A stretch of DNA of 64,000 nucleotides from Bacilli bacterium. GTDB lineage: Bacteria; Bacillota_I; Bacilli_A; ML615J-28; CAG-698. The stretch covers positions 575,748 through 639,747 of the forward strand of contig JBMNLZ010000002.1 in assembly GCA_050953065.1 (NCBI GenBank), read 5' to 3'. The position numbers and the translations under genes are program-made. The notes beneath the pieces are model-generated. The model saw only the letters and a list, made by a program, of their open reading frames with translations, was not told the origin of the DNA and made no database searches. This document shows positions 8,637-18,933 of this stretch, piece after piece. Every line of letters begins with the position of its first letter. Position 1 is the stretch's first letter.

Positions 8637-10754
8637 ATGTCAAAAATTAAAGAAATTCCAAAACTTCCAGTTGAAGATGATTTTGAAGAAGAACAACAAA
8701 ATAAGCAAGTTAAAACTATGGAAAAAAAATTTACTCCAACTCCTTTTGTTAGTTCATATAGTGGAACTAAAAATAAAGATGTTATTCCTATTTTAGGAGT
8801 TAGACGTAATGTAAGTGGGTATGATACTTTAAGATCACCTAATTTTAGAAGTGAAGTGGATGAAGCAAATATTAAAAAATACGGGACTAAATATCCTGAG
8901 TTTTTACCTACAGAAAAAAGAAAAAGTAATGACTTTGATGAAGTTTTAGTAACAATGGATTCTATTGAAGAAAAATCTTCAGCTGTTTATCAACCTCTTA
9001 ATCCTCCAACAGAAGAAGTATATAACGATGATGTTATAGTACATGAACTTCCTAAACAAGAACCAACTGAGGTTCATTATGTGAAAAGAGATAGAGATTT
9101 TCAAACTGTTAATGTTGATGAAGATATATTATTAAGATATGATAATGAAAAAGTTGCTTTTGATATGCCTGAATCAAATTATGAGGATGCTAAAGAAGTA
9201 ACGGTTTCTTCAATGGATGACATAGAAATAAATTTTGTTGATGATACTGAAGAAGAAATTGAAGAACTTCCTGAATATGAGTTTAGGGCTCCTGAAAAGC
9301 CAAGAAAACCTCATAAGAGTTTTAAAAAGTTAAAATATAGTAAACCTCCTATTAATTTGGTAAGTTATAAAGGTGTAATTAAAGAGAAAGACTTGTCAGA
9401 TGCAAGAAGAAGACGTGAAATTATTGAAAAGACTTTAAGTGATTTTAGTGTTCCAGGACATGTTAGTGATGTAACAAAAGGACCTAGATTTACTTTGTTT
9501 GAAGTAAAATTAGAACCTGGTATTAGAGTAGAAAAAGTAAAAACATTAGAATTAAGTCTTCAAGCAAATTTAGAAACTAATTCAATTAGAATCTTAGCAC
9601 CAATTCCAGGAAAACCAACTGTAGGAATTGAAGTTTCAAATGAAAACCCTGAAATAGTTTTATTTGGTGATTTGCTAAGAAACCCAGAATTTATGAAAGA
9701 TGATAATCCTTTGAATGTTATTTTAGGATTAGATGTAGCTGGCAATCCAGTTTATTTAAATATTGAAAAAATGCCACACGGTTTAATTGCAGGAACAACA
9801 GGGAGTGGTAAAAGTGTTTGTATTAACTCAATAATTGCTAGTATTTTATATAAAGCTGATCCTAATGAAGTAAAACTTTTATTAGTTGATCCTAAATTAA
9901 CTTTAGTATTATTTGATGAAATTCCTCATCTAATTGCTCCAGTTATAACTGATGTAAAATATGCATCAGGAATTTTAAAGTGGATAGTAGATGAAATGGA
10001 AAACAGATTTGAATTATTTAAACATCATAGATTAACTGATATTACTCAGTTTAATAAATATGCAGAAGAAAATGGTGGAATAGAAAAAATACCAAAATTA
10101 GTAATTATTATGGATGAATTTGGTGATTTATTAATAAATGATAGTGGAACTATTGAACACTATATTCAACGTATAACTCAAAAAGCAAGATCTGCTGGTA
10201 TTCATTTAATAGTTTCTACTCAAAGACCATCAGCAGATATAATTAAAGGATCAATTAAGGCTAACCTACAAACAAGAATTGCTTTTAAGGTAGCAACAGG
10301 AGTTGACTCAAGAGTTGTTCTTGATAAAGAGGGGGCTGAGGCTTTACTTGGAAATGGAGATATGTTATATCATAACGGTACAAGAGAAATTCGTGTTCAA
10401 GGAGCATATTTGAGTCCAGATGATATCCAAGAACTTTGTGATTATGCAAGAGGAAAATCTCAACCAGATTACTTATTAACAGAAGAAGAATTAAAGCAAG
10501 AACTTGAACAAGAAGCAACAGAAGAATTAGGCATGAAAGATGAATTGTTTTCAAAGATTGCTAAATTTGTAGTTAACAATAATATGGCCTCAATTAATAC
10601 AATTCAAAAAACTTTTAATATTGGATTCAATCGTGCTCAAAGCATTATGAATGCTTTAGAAAATTTACATATTGTCTCTGAAAATTTAGGAAGTAAACCT
10701 AGAAAAGTATTAATAGACATTAATGAATTAGAAGATATATTAAATAATTTTTAA
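8637..10754 (+). CDS. FtsK/SpoIIIE DNA translocase, soluble SftA-like type
   Basis: PHGLIAGTTGSGKS, IIMDEFGDL, QKARSAGIHLIVSTQRP, LLGNGDML, gamma domain IGFNRA; acidic N-terminus without TM helices. Confidence 0.92.
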   Translation: MSKIKEIPKLPVEDDFEEEQQNKQVKTMEKKFTPTPFVSSYSGTKNKDVIPILGVRRNVSGYDTLRSPNFRSEVDEANIKKYGTKYPEFLPTEKRKSNDFDEVLVTMDSIEEKSSAVYQPLNPPTEEVYNDDVIVHELPKQEPTEVHYVKRDRDFQTVNVDEDILLRYDNEKVAFDMPESNYEDAKEVTVSSMDDIEINFVDDTEEEIEELPEYEFRAPEKPRKPHKSFKKLKYSKPPINLVSYKGVIKEKDLSDARRRREIIEKTLSDFSVPGHVSDVTKGPRFTLFEVKLEPGIRVEKVKTLELSLQANLETNSIRILAPIPGKPTVGIEVSNENPEIVLFGDLLRNPEFMKDDNPLNVILGLDVAGNPVYLNIEKMPHGLIAGTTGSGKSVCINSIIASILYKADPNEVKLLLVDPKLTLVLFDEIPHLIAPVITDVKYASGILKWIVDEMENRFELFKHHRLTDITQFNKYAEENGGIEKIPKLVIIMDEFGDLLINDSGTIEHYIQRITQKARSAGIHLIVSTQRPSADIIKGSIKANLQTRIAFKVATGVDSRVVLDKEGAEALLGNGDMLYHNGTREIRVQGAYLSPDDIQELCDYARGKSQPDYLLTEEELKQELEQEATEELGMKDELFSKIAKFVVNNNMASINTIQKTFNIGFNRAQSIMNALENLHIVSENLGSKPRKVLIDINELEDILNNF

Positions 10755-10758
10755 AAGG

Positions 10759-11646
10759 GTGAATAAAGTGGAAGAACAAGTAAAAAAAGAAACAACAGAA
10801 GCAATAGAAGAGATAAAAGAAGAACAAGAAAAACCAAAAAAATTTGGAAGAAGAAAAGTAACGTTTAATAAAATCTATACAAGAGTTTTTTTGATTGGTT
10901 TGTTTACATTTTTAATAGCTTTATTAATTTATTTTAAACCTTATCAATATAATTCAATAAAAATAGAGTTTGTTTTCGCAACTTTAATCATCTCAATTTT
11001 GTTTGTTATAGCATATCCAGTATTAAGATTGATAAATAAGGATGAATCATCACTTTTATACAGAATATTTTTTGAAATTAGTGATTATTTATATTTGATA
11101 CTAGGTGTAATAGCAATCTTAGAAGTGGTTTTTATTTTCATTATTTTCCCAACGAGAGTTAATGGTAATTCAATGGATCCTACTCTTAGTGGGACTGCTA
11201 ATAAAAGAGATTGTATTTTAGTTCAACGTATTGTTGATGTATCTAGATTTGATATTATTGTTTTAGAGGTAAATTCTGAAATTAATAATATTTTAAGTTC
11301 ACCAAATCTTAAAGATAAAGAAATGTTAATTAAACGAATAATTGGAATGCCTGGTGAAGAAATTACTTATACTGATGGGCAGTTATATATTAATGGAGTT
11401 TTAGTTGAAGAAACTTTTGAAAAGTTAAATGAAAGTATTGAAAACTTCACTCTTAGTGATTATAGTTTTATTGCTTCAAAATTAAAAGACGGTAAAATTC
11501 CTGCTGATTATTATTTTGTTTTGGGAGATAACCGTAGTAATAGTGTTGACAGTAGAACAATTGGTTTAATTCACAAAGATCAAATCGTAGGTCTTGCAAG
11601 ATTTAGGTGTAATAATATTTTTAAAATTGAAGATTTAAGGAAATAA
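10759..11646 (+). CDS. lepB: Signal peptidase I
   Basis: GNSMDPTL (Ser), IKRIIGMPG (Lys), FVLGDNRSNSVDSR. Confidence 0.93.
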   Translation: MNKVEEQVKKETTEAIEEIKEEQEKPKKFGRRKVTFNKIYTRVFLIGLFTFLIALLIYFKPYQYNSIKIEFVFATLIISILFVIAYPVLRLINKDESSLLYRIFFEISDYLYLILGVIAILEVVFIFIIFPTRVNGNSMDPTLSGTANKRDCILVQRIVDVSRFDIIVLEVNSEINNILSSPNLKDKEMLIKRIIGMPGEEITYTDGQLYINGVLVEETFEKLNESIENFTLSDYSFIASKLKDGKIPADYYFVLGDNRSNSVDSRTIGLIHKDQIVGLARFRCNNIFKIEDLRK

Positions 11647-11648
11647 AA

Positions 11649-12491
11649 ATGATTAATTGGTATCCAGGCCATATGGCTAAAACACAAAAACAGTTACAAG
11701 AAAATATAAAGTTAGTTGATTTAGTAATTGAGCTTTTGGATGCACGAATTCCAATTTCTTCACAAAACCCTTTAATCTCTGAGTTAACTAAAAATAAACC
11801 GAAATTAGTTCTATTAACAAAGTCTTCAATGTCAGATCCTAAATATAATGAAAAAATAGAAAAATATTTTAAAGAAAAGCAGTTATCTAAAGTTTTGTTT
11901 ATAGATTCTATTCAAAGTTTTAATATTAATAAGATTTCTAGTTGTGTTCAAGAAGTTTTAAAAGAAACATTTGAAAAAGAAAAAGCAAAAGGAATGAAAG
12001 CAAGAAATGCTAAAGCTATGATTGTAGGGATTCCAAATGTTGGAAAATCAACATTAATTAATAAATTATCTCAAAAGAAAGTTACTAATGTAGGCAATAA
12101 GCCGGGGGTTACTAAGAGTTTGCAATGGATAAGAATTGCTAAAGATCTTGATCTTTTAGATACTCCAGGGATTTTATGGCCTAAATTAGAAGACCAAGAA
12201 GCGGCTATAAAGCTTGTTTTAACGGGAGCTATTAAAGATGATGTTGTTAGACTTGAGGATTCAATTTTCTATTTTTTAGATTTTTTAAAACAAAATTATA
12301 GAGGATTATTAAATAAAAGATATGACATTGATGAGGAAAGTACTAATTTAGAAATCATTGAAGCAATTGCTCAAAAAAGAGGTTTTATTTCTAATCAAGA
12401 ATATGATTATGATAAAACTTATATTGCGATACTTACTGATTTTAGAAATTTAAGAATTGGGAGAATTTCATTAGATATAAATTATGAATGA
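11649..12491 (+). CDS. rbgA: Ribosome biogenesis GTPase RbgA/YlqF
   Basis: INWYPGHMAK, DARIP, GIPNVGKST, LLDTPGILWP. Confidence 0.96.
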   Translation: MINWYPGHMAKTQKQLQENIKLVDLVIELLDARIPISSQNPLISELTKNKPKLVLLTKSSMSDPKYNEKIEKYFKEKQLSKVLFIDSIQSFNINKISSCVQEVLKETFEKEKAKGMKARNAKAMIVGIPNVGKSTLINKLSQKKVTNVGNKPGVTKSLQWIRIAKDLDLLDTPGILWPKLEDQEAAIKLVLTGAIKDDVVRLEDSIFYFLDFLKQNYRGLLNKRYDIDEESTNLEIIEAIAQKRGFISNQEYDYDKTYIAILTDFRNLRIGRISLDINYE

Positions 12492-13092
12492 TATGTATAG
12501 TTATGAAAAGGAAATTTGGAACAAAGGAACTTTAGTTTTAGGGACTGATGAGGTTGGTAGAGGCCCTATGGCAGGACCATTAGTTGCAGCGAGTGTAATC
12601 TTACCTAAAGATTGTGTTATTGAAGGAATAAATGATTCGAAAAAACTAAGTTCTAAAAAGCGAGATGAGTTATTTGAAAAAATTTCTAGTTTAGCTTTAG
12701 AAATTCAAACTACTTTTATTGATGAGGCTACAGTTGATAAAATCAATGTTTATCAAGCTAGTAAACAAGCGATGTTAGAATGTATTAAAAAAAGTAAATT
12801 ATCATTTAGTCATGTATTAAGTGATGCGATGCCTTTAGAAGGTAAATTTGTTAATATTTCACTTATTAAGGGAGATCAAAAAAGTGTTTCAATTGCAGCT
12901 GCAAGCATCATAGCTAAAGTTACAAGAGATAGATATATGATTAAATTAGATGAAAAGTATCCACAATATGGCTTTAAAAGAAATAAAGGTTATGCAACAA
13001 AAGAACATTTAGAAAAATTAAATGAATTTGGACCTTGCTGTATACATCGCTTTAGTTATAGCCCAGTTGCTAAAACTTTTAAAAAAGACTAA
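12484..13092 (+). CDS. rnhB: Ribonuclease HII
   Basis: GTDEVGRGP, DSKKL, KGDQKSVSIAAASIIAKVTRD; follows rbgA. Confidence 0.96.
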   Translation: MNDMYSYEKEIWNKGTLVLGTDEVGRGPMAGPLVAASVILPKDCVIEGINDSKKLSSKKRDELFEKISSLALEIQTTFIDEATVDKINVYQASKQAMLECIKKSKLSFSHVLSDAMPLEGKFVNISLIKGDQKSVSIAAASIIAKVTRDRYMIKLDEKYPQYGFKRNKGYATKEHLEKLNEFGPCCIHRFSYSPVAKTFKKD

Positions 13093-13115
13093 AAGCACTA
13101 TAAAATAGTGCTTTT
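13091..13115 (+). terminator. Intrinsic terminator after rnhB
   Basis: AAAAGCACTA-taaaa-TAGTGCTTTT. Confidence 0.7.
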
Positions 13116-13189
13116 ATAATTGTGTTTTTTAAATTGTGTTTTTTATATTTTTTTGGTAAAATAGTAATTGATTGTTTATAGGTGAAAAA

Positions 13190-14191
13190 GTGAAAAAAAT
13201 TATTGAAATTTTTAAAGGTATGATGATTGGTATAGCAAATGTAATTCCTGGATTAAGTGGTGGGAGTATTGCAGTTGCTTTTAATATATATGATAAATTT
13301 ATTTATGGATTTTCAAATTTTTTTAAACACCCAATTAAAACGATAAAACTTTTATGGGCGATTGTTCTTGGTATGGGGATAGGGATTGCTGTAAGTGTTG
13401 TTGGAGTAATTTACTTTTTAGAAAATTTTCCAGTCCCTACAACAATGTTATTTGTTGGAATGGTAATTGGTTCTCTACCTTTTATTAAGAAAAAGATGGA
13501 CAAAGAAGAAAAAACAAAATATGATCTTTCAGTATTCATTTCAATGATTGTATTGATGCTTGGAGTTATGCTTATGCATATATTCTTTGGTGAAAATATG
13601 GTTGATATAACAACTATTAATTTAAAGATAGTTATTATTATCTTAATTTTAGGAATCGTTTCAGCAGCAACTATGATAGTACCAGGAATAAGTGGTTCGA
13701 TGATGCTGATGGTTTTAGGATACTATTATTATATTACATCTTTATCAGATGGAATTGTAAGAGCAGTTTTAAACCTTGATTTCATAGGAATGTGGGATTT
13801 TGTATGGCCGATGGTTCCTTTTGTTTTAGGGAATGTCATAGGTGTTGTATTTATGGCTAAACTTTTAGAAAAAGCTTTAATTAAATATCCAAGACAATTA
13901 TATTGTGCTATCTTAGGTTTGTTAATTTCTTCACCAATTTTGATTTTTTATAGTATGTATAAAGACTATCCAACTGCTGTAATGTCATCTTTAGAAGGGG
14001 CTGGTATTATTTTAACTGTCGGCATAGGATTTGTTTTGATGGTATTAGGTGCTTTATTTGTTAACTATATGTCTAAATTTGAGGAAAAAGAAAATGAATC
14101 AAAAGCAGAAGAACCAAAAGAAAATAAAACAGAAGAAGACAAACCAACAAAGCTTTCATCAGAAGAAGAACTATCAAAAAACTCAAATTGA
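13190..14191 (+). CDS. DUF368-family membrane protein (undecaprenyl-phosphate translocase family)
   Basis: Re-entrant repeats GIANVIPGLSGGSIA and ATMIVPGISGS; GTG start after AGGTGA. Confidence 0.88.
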   Translation: MKKIIEIFKGMMIGIANVIPGLSGGSIAVAFNIYDKFIYGFSNFFKHPIKTIKLLWAIVLGMGIGIAVSVVGVIYFLENFPVPTTMLFVGMVIGSLPFIKKKMDKEEKTKYDLSVFISMIVLMLGVMLMHIFFGENMVDITTINLKIVIIILILGIVSAATMIVPGISGSMMLMVLGYYYYITSLSDGIVRAVLNLDFIGMWDFVWPMVPFVLGNVIGVVFMAKLLEKALIKYPRQLYCAILGLLISSPILIFYSMYKDYPTAVMSSLEGAGIILTVGIGFVLMVLGALFVNYMSKFEEKENESKAEEPKENKTEEDKPTKLSSEEELSKNSN

Positions 14192-15503
14192 GTGTATTAG
14201 TTTAGATGATAATGGATTAGGCATTTTTAGTTTTCAAAATATAGTTTATAGAGTTTCTAATTTATTACCTAAGGAAGAAGCTTTAGTAGAAATTTTAGAT
14301 AATAAAAAAGCAAGAGTTTTAAAAATAGTTACTCCATCTATTAATAGGGTTCCTGTTAAGTGCGATATATATGATAAATGTGGTAGTTGTCATTTGCTGC
14401 ATATGAATTATTTAGAACAACTTGAATTTAAAAAACAATATTTTATTAAAGCTTATCAAGAATTAGGAATAGATGTTAATGTTGATTTTATGATAGGTGC
14501 TAAAAAGAAACAGGGGTACCGAAATAAAATGCAAGTAGCTTATAAATATGAAAAAGGAGTTGCTAAATACGGTTTCTATGAGGAAAACACTCATAATGTG
14601 ATTCAAGTTAATAGGTGTTTAGTTCAAACTGAATTACAACAAAAAATCGCTGATTATGTTTTTGAGTTTATTAAAAAAAATAAGATAGAAATTTATAATG
14701 AGGATAAAAGAAAAGGAATTATTAGATATTTATTACTAAAAGAAGGCTTTACAACTAAAGAGGTAATGGTTGTGATAGTTACTAATGGTAATATTTTACC
14801 AAGTAGTTCATTTTTAGTAAAAGAATTAAAAACAAACTTTCCAGAAATTAAAACCATTGTTCAAAATATAAATAATAGATCAACTAATATTATTTTAGGT
14901 GAAGAAGAAAAAGTATTATATGGTGATGGTTTTATCTATGATTATTTATTAGACAAAAAGTTTAAAATATCTTCTAAATCGTTTTTTCAGATTAATCCAG
15001 AACAAACTGAGAAAATGTATAATAAAATAATAGAATTTGCTGCTTTTAAGAGTAAAGATATTGTAATGGATGCATATTCTGGAGTGGGTACGATTGGAAT
15101 TTTAGTAAGTGATAGTGTGAAACAAATCATTTCAGTAGAATCTAATAAAACAGCAGTAGAAGATGCAATTATAAATAGTAAAATAAATAAAATTAATAAC
15201 GTTAGATTTATTTGTGAAGATGCTACAGTTTTTCTTGAAAACTTAACTAAAGAGAATGTAAAACTTGATGGAATTATTATTGATCCTCCAAGAAAAGGTT
15301 CAACTGAAAGTTTTTTAAATAATATAATTAATTTAAAGATTAAAAAGATAGTTTATGTATCTTGTGAGCCAAAGACACAAGCAAGAGATGTTTTGTTGTT
15401 GATAAATAAAGGATACAAAATTATTAAAACAGCAGTTATTGATATGTTTTGTGGAACTAATAATGTTGAAAGCATTTGTTATTTAGAATATAAGGGAGAA
15501 TAA
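14094..15503 (+). CDS. rlmD: 23S rRNA (uracil-1939-C5)-methyltransferase
   Basis: C..Y.KCGSC cluster, YRNK, SFFQIN, DAYSGVGTIG, IDPPRKG, YVSC; ATG 14094 after GAGG. Confidence 0.92.
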   Translation: MNQKQKNQKKIKQKKTNQQSFHQKKNYQKTQIECISLDDNGLGIFSFQNIVYRVSNLLPKEEALVEILDNKKARVLKIVTPSINRVPVKCDIYDKCGSCHLLHMNYLEQLEFKKQYFIKAYQELGIDVNVDFMIGAKKKQGYRNKMQVAYKYEKGVAKYGFYEENTHNVIQVNRCLVQTELQQKIADYVFEFIKKNKIEIYNEDKRKGIIRYLLLKEGFTTKEVMVVIVTNGNILPSSSFLVKELKTNFPEIKTIVQNINNRSTNIILGEEEKVLYGDGFIYDYLLDKKFKISSKSFFQINPEQTEKMYNKIIEFAAFKSKDIVMDAYSGVGTIGILVSDSVKQIISVESNKTAVEDAIINSKINKINNVRFICEDATVFLENLTKENVKLDGIIIDPPRKGSTESFLNNIINLKIKKIVYVSCEPKTQARDVLLLINKGYKIIKTAVIDMFCGTNNVESICYLEYKGE

Positions 15504-15507
15504 AAAG

Positions 15508-16167
15508 ATGATTAAATTTGGTAATGATTGGGATATTGTTCTAAAAGAAGAACTAGCATCGTCTTATTATCAAAATTTAAGAAAGTTTTTATGTGATGAA
15601 TATTCTAATTATACTGTTTATCCTAATGCAAATGACATTTTTACGGCTTTTAAATTAACTAGTTATAAAGATGTAAGAGTTGTGATAATAGGGCAAGACC
15701 CATATCATGGTGAAGGCCAAGCACATGGTTTAGCCTTTTCAGTTCAAGAAGGTATTAGTTTACCCCCTTCATTAAAAAATATATATAAAGAATTAGAAGA
15801 TGATTTGGGTATTAAAAAAAGTGCTTCAGGGGATTTGACTAATTGGGCTAAACAAGGGGTATTGTTATTAAATGCCACTCTAACTGTAAGAGGAGGACTT
15901 GCAAATAGCCATAAAGGATACGGTTGGGAAGAATTTACTGATAATGTAATTAGAAAAATTGTTTTAAAAGATGAGATGGTCATTTTTGTACTTTGGGGAA
16001 ATGATGCTAAGAAAAAAGAGGTTTTGATTAATAATCCAAAACATAAAATTTTAAAGGCTGCACATCCTAGTCCTTTATCTGCATATAATGGTTTTTTTGG
16101 ATGTAAACATTTTTCAATGATTAATACGCTTCTTGAAAAAGAAGGTTTTAATAAAATAAAATTTTAA
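15508..16167 (+). CDS. ung: Uracil-DNA glycosylase
   Basis: GQDPYH, PPSLKNI, GVLLLN, HPSPLS. Confidence 0.97.
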   Translation: MIKFGNDWDIVLKEELASSYYQNLRKFLCDEYSNYTVYPNANDIFTAFKLTSYKDVRVVIIGQDPYHGEGQAHGLAFSVQEGISLPPSLKNIYKELEDDLGIKKSASGDLTNWAKQGVLLLNATLTVRGGLANSHKGYGWEEFTDNVIRKIVLKDEMVIFVLWGNDAKKKEVLINNPKHKILKAAHPSPLSAYNGFFGCKHFSMINTLLEKEGFNKIKF

Positions 16168-16185
16168 ATGGGAAAGGAGAAAAAA

Positions 16186-16623
16186 ATGGCAAGAAAAAGA
16201 AAAAGTAGCAATCTTGGTTGGTTAGCATTTGTTATTTTAGGATTGGGGGCTGTAACATTTGTAATGATGTTTTTTGATGCTGTAACTTTAAAAATAGCTT
16301 TTCCTCCAGTTACTCTAAAATCTACTGGGTTACAAATAGCTTTTGGATACAAAGATGTATATGATTTTAACATTTTAGCTGTTTTAATGTATGTTGTTCC
16401 ATTATTAGCAGGTATATTTGTATTAATTGCTTCAAAGAGTATTAAAAAAATTGTTTGCTTAGTTAGTGGATTGCTTTTTGCAGGGAGTGCATTTATGCTT
16501 ATTTTTGTTAGAGATATAGTAGATAATATTTCTGTGTATAGTTTAAGTACATTTACTATTATTGGCATTATAACTGCTTTTTTAGCTGCAATAGGTTCAT
16601 TTGTTTTAGCTTTAGAAGGATAG
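16186..16623 (+). CDS. Hypothetical 4-TM membrane protein
   Basis: AAGGAG RBS before ATG 16186; four hydrophobic segments. Confidence 0.7.
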   Translation: MARKRKSSNLGWLAFVILGLGAVTFVMMFFDAVTLKIAFPPVTLKSTGLQIAFGYKDVYDFNILAVLMYVVPLLAGIFVLIASKSIKKIVCLVSGLLFAGSAFMLIFVRDIVDNISVYSLSTFTIIGIITAFLAAIGSFVLALEG

Positions 16624-16630
16624 GGGAAAA

Positions 16631-17242
16631 ATGGATTATCGTAGAATAATATTTCCAGTTTCAATTACTGCATTTATTGTTAACTTTATTATGATTGCAT
16701 CTCTTAGATGGGATTATATAAGTTATTGGTTTTATATTGATATTTTGTTAGCTATAATGCCAGTTATCTTGTTTTTTTCATTTATCAAATTGAAAAAGAA
16801 TCTCTATTTATTTATTCTATGGTTTATTTTATTTGTTTCATCTTTTGTTTTGTTTTGGTTTTTAAAAAAAGAACTTGGCATATTTGAATTTAACTCCACA
16901 TCTTTTGTACCATTAATTGCAAGTTTAATAATGTTATATTATGCAGTAGTTTCTTTTTTAATAGGTAATGAAGTTATTTCAAAGAAGAATGATGTTTTAG
17001 GATTTAACACTAAAATGAATAAAGAGTATAAAAAGGAACTTTTTTATGCAAGCAATAGACTGTTTTCTATAACATGTTTTGTTTGTTTTGTGTTAGAAGT
17101 TTTAATGATATTCTTTTTAGGAGTAGCGTATAAGTACTTTGGAACTGTAGCGCTTTTGGCAATTCCTTTTATTATTACCTATACCAATGAAAAGTATTTA
17201 TTTAAAAAACTAAAAAAAGACATCGGTTCAAGTGCGAACTGA
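16631..17242 (+). CDS. Hypothetical polytopic membrane protein
   Basis: 203 aa, about six hydrophobic segments, in operon. Confidence 0.65.
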   Translation: MDYRRIIFPVSITAFIVNFIMIASLRWDYISYWFYIDILLAIMPVILFFSFIKLKKNLYLFILWFILFVSSFVLFWFLKKELGIFEFNSTSFVPLIASLIMLYYAVVSFLIGNEVISKKNDVLGFNTKMNKEYKKELFYASNRLFSITCFVCFVLEVLMIFFLGVAYKYFGTVALLAIPFIITYTNEKYLFKKLKKDIGSSAN

Positions 17243-17252
17243 TGTCTTTTTT
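17213..17252. terminator. Bidirectional terminator
   Basis: AAAAAAGACATCGGTTC / GAACTGATGTCTTTTTT. Confidence 0.85.
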
Positions 17253-17259
17253 AAAAATA

Positions 17260-18522
17260 TTATTTTTTCTTTCTTTTTTGTTCTAATTTTTCTAAAAAAT
17301 CAATTCCATATTTTTCAAGAACGTAATCCATATCTTTGTCGCCTCTTCCAGATAGATTAACTAGAATTGAACCTGTTGCTCCAGGTTTTCTTGCTTCTCT
17401 AATAGCATATGCTAGGGCGTGAGAACTTTCCAAAGCAGGAATAATACCTTCGTATTTGGAAAGCAAGAAAAATGCTTCTAGTGCTTCCTCATCAGTAGCT
17501 GAATCATATTCAACACGATTGATACTGTGTAAAAAGGCATGTTCTGGACCTACTGAAGGATAATCAAGTCCACTTGCGATTGAGTAAACTGGATCAGCTT
17601 CTCCTTTTTCGTTTTGAAGAAGAAGTGAGTTAAAACCATGTAAAATACCTTCTTTCCCATAAGTTACGCTTGCAGCGTGTTCTCCTTTTTTTGTTCCGAT
17701 TCCCATTGGCTCAACACCAACAATTTTTACAGGATCTTTTAAAAAGGCTGAAAAGAATCCAATGGAATTACTTCCACCACCTACACATGCTGCAATAGTA
17801 TCAGGTAATTCACCAGTCGTTTCCTTAAATTGTGCACGTGCTTCTTCGCCTACAACCATTTGGAAATCTCTTACCATCATTGGAAATGGATGCGGTCCAA
17901 CAGCTGAACCTATACAATAAATTGCTGTTTCATATTCATTTAAGTATGCATCAAAAGCTGCATCAACGGCTTCTTTTAAAGTCTTTAAGCCATGTGTGGC
18001 AGGAATAACACGAGCTCCTAATAATTTCATTCGAGCAACATTTGGGGCTTGTTTTTTAATATCAACCTCACCCATGTAAATGTCACATTCTAATCCAAAG
18101 AATGCAGCAGCAGTAGCTAATGCAACTCCGTGTTGTCCAGCGCCAGTTTCAGCGATTAATTTTTTCTTGCCTAAAAATTTAGCAAGTAGTCCTTCGCCCA
18201 TACAGTGGTTTAATTTGTGTGCACCAGTATGATTTAAATCTTCTCTTTTTAGATATATTTGCACTTTCCCTAATAATCTAGATAGTCTTTCACAATGATA
18301 AACCGGAGTCGGTCTTCCTTGAAATTCTTTTCTAATTCTACGTAGTTCGCTAATAAATGAAGCAGATTTGCAAATAGTTTGATAAGCCTCTGTGATTTCA
18401 TTGAATGGTTTAATTAGTTGTGGTGGTAAATACTGGCCTCCGTATTTTCCAAAATAACCATTCTTGTCTGGGTAAGACTTAAAATAAGTCTCAAAAAAGT
18501 TTTTAAAGTCAACATTTTTCAT
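17260..18522 (-). CDS. trpB: Tryptophan synthase beta subunit (stand-alone)
   Basis: [12 protein letters not shown] (PLP Lys), [43 protein letters not shown]. Confidence 0.96.
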   Translation of the reverse strand: MKNVDFKNFFETYFKSYPDKNGYFGKYGGQYLPPQLIKPFNEITEAYQTICKSASFISELRRIRKEFQGRPTPVYHCERLSRLLGKVQIYLKREDLNHTGAHKLNHCMGEGLLAKFLGKKKLIAETGAGQHGVALATAAAFFGLECDIYMGEVDIKKQAPNVARMKLLGARVIPATHGLKTLKEAVDAAFDAYLNEYETAIYCIGSAVGPHPFPMMVRDFQMVVGEEARAQFKETTGELPDTIAACVGGGSNSIGFFSAFLKDPVKIVGVEPMGIGTKKGEHAASVTYGKEGILHGFNSLLLQNEKGEADPVYSIASGLDYPSVGPEHAFLHSINRVEYDSATDEEALEAFFLLSKYEGIIPALESSHALAYAIREARKPGATGSILVNLSGRGDKDMDYVLEKYGIDFLEKLEQKRKKK

Positions 18523-18581
18523 TTTTTAAAATCCTTCCTTTCTTTTTTCTTTTTTTAAAATGAATGTTGCCTTTAGCATTT

Positions 18582-18856
18582 AAAAAAAGTCCTTTTAAAG
18601 ACATAATAAATATATCTTTAAAAGGACAAGTATTTCATACCTGCGGTGCCACCTTTTTTGCTATCATACGATAACCACTTTTCTAAATGCTAACACATTT
18701 ATGCTTTGTAACGTAAGCTCACGTTGTAAGCTACTTTCAAAATTTGATTTCGCCACACCCTCAAAGGCCCATTTACTAAAGTGTTACCTATCTAACTCAC
18801 ACCAACGTTAGACTCTCTTTAAGGACATCGATAGTTTTACTTCCTTATCATCGGTT
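18582..18856 (-). ncRNA. T-box leader with probable Trp (UGG) specifier
   Basis: Minus strand: AGAGA and GGTGTGA stem-I motifs, AGTAAATGGG specifier loop, T-box AAAAAGGTGGCACCGC (18643-18658), terminator GTCCTTTTAAAGA..TCTTTAAAAGGAC plus T7. Confidence 0.93.
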
Positions 18857-18862
18857 TAGTTA

Positions 18863-18891
18863 ATTATATCATTCTTAAAAATTAAATGCAA
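18863..18891 (-). promoter_or_regulatory. SigA promoter of the T-box/trpB transcript
   Basis: TTGCAT-17 nt-TATAAT with extended TG. Confidence 0.8.
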
Positions 18892-18933
18892 GCAAAATCA
18901 TAAAAATATTGATAAAAAAATAATATTTAACAG

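Noticed and set aside
13118-13144. Tandem AATTGTGTTTTTT direct repeat
   Set aside because: Two low-complexity copies only; not enough to call an operator
16164-16664. 166-aa minus-strand ORF
   Set aside because: Antisense shadow of a plus-strand membrane gene that has a strong RBS and operon context
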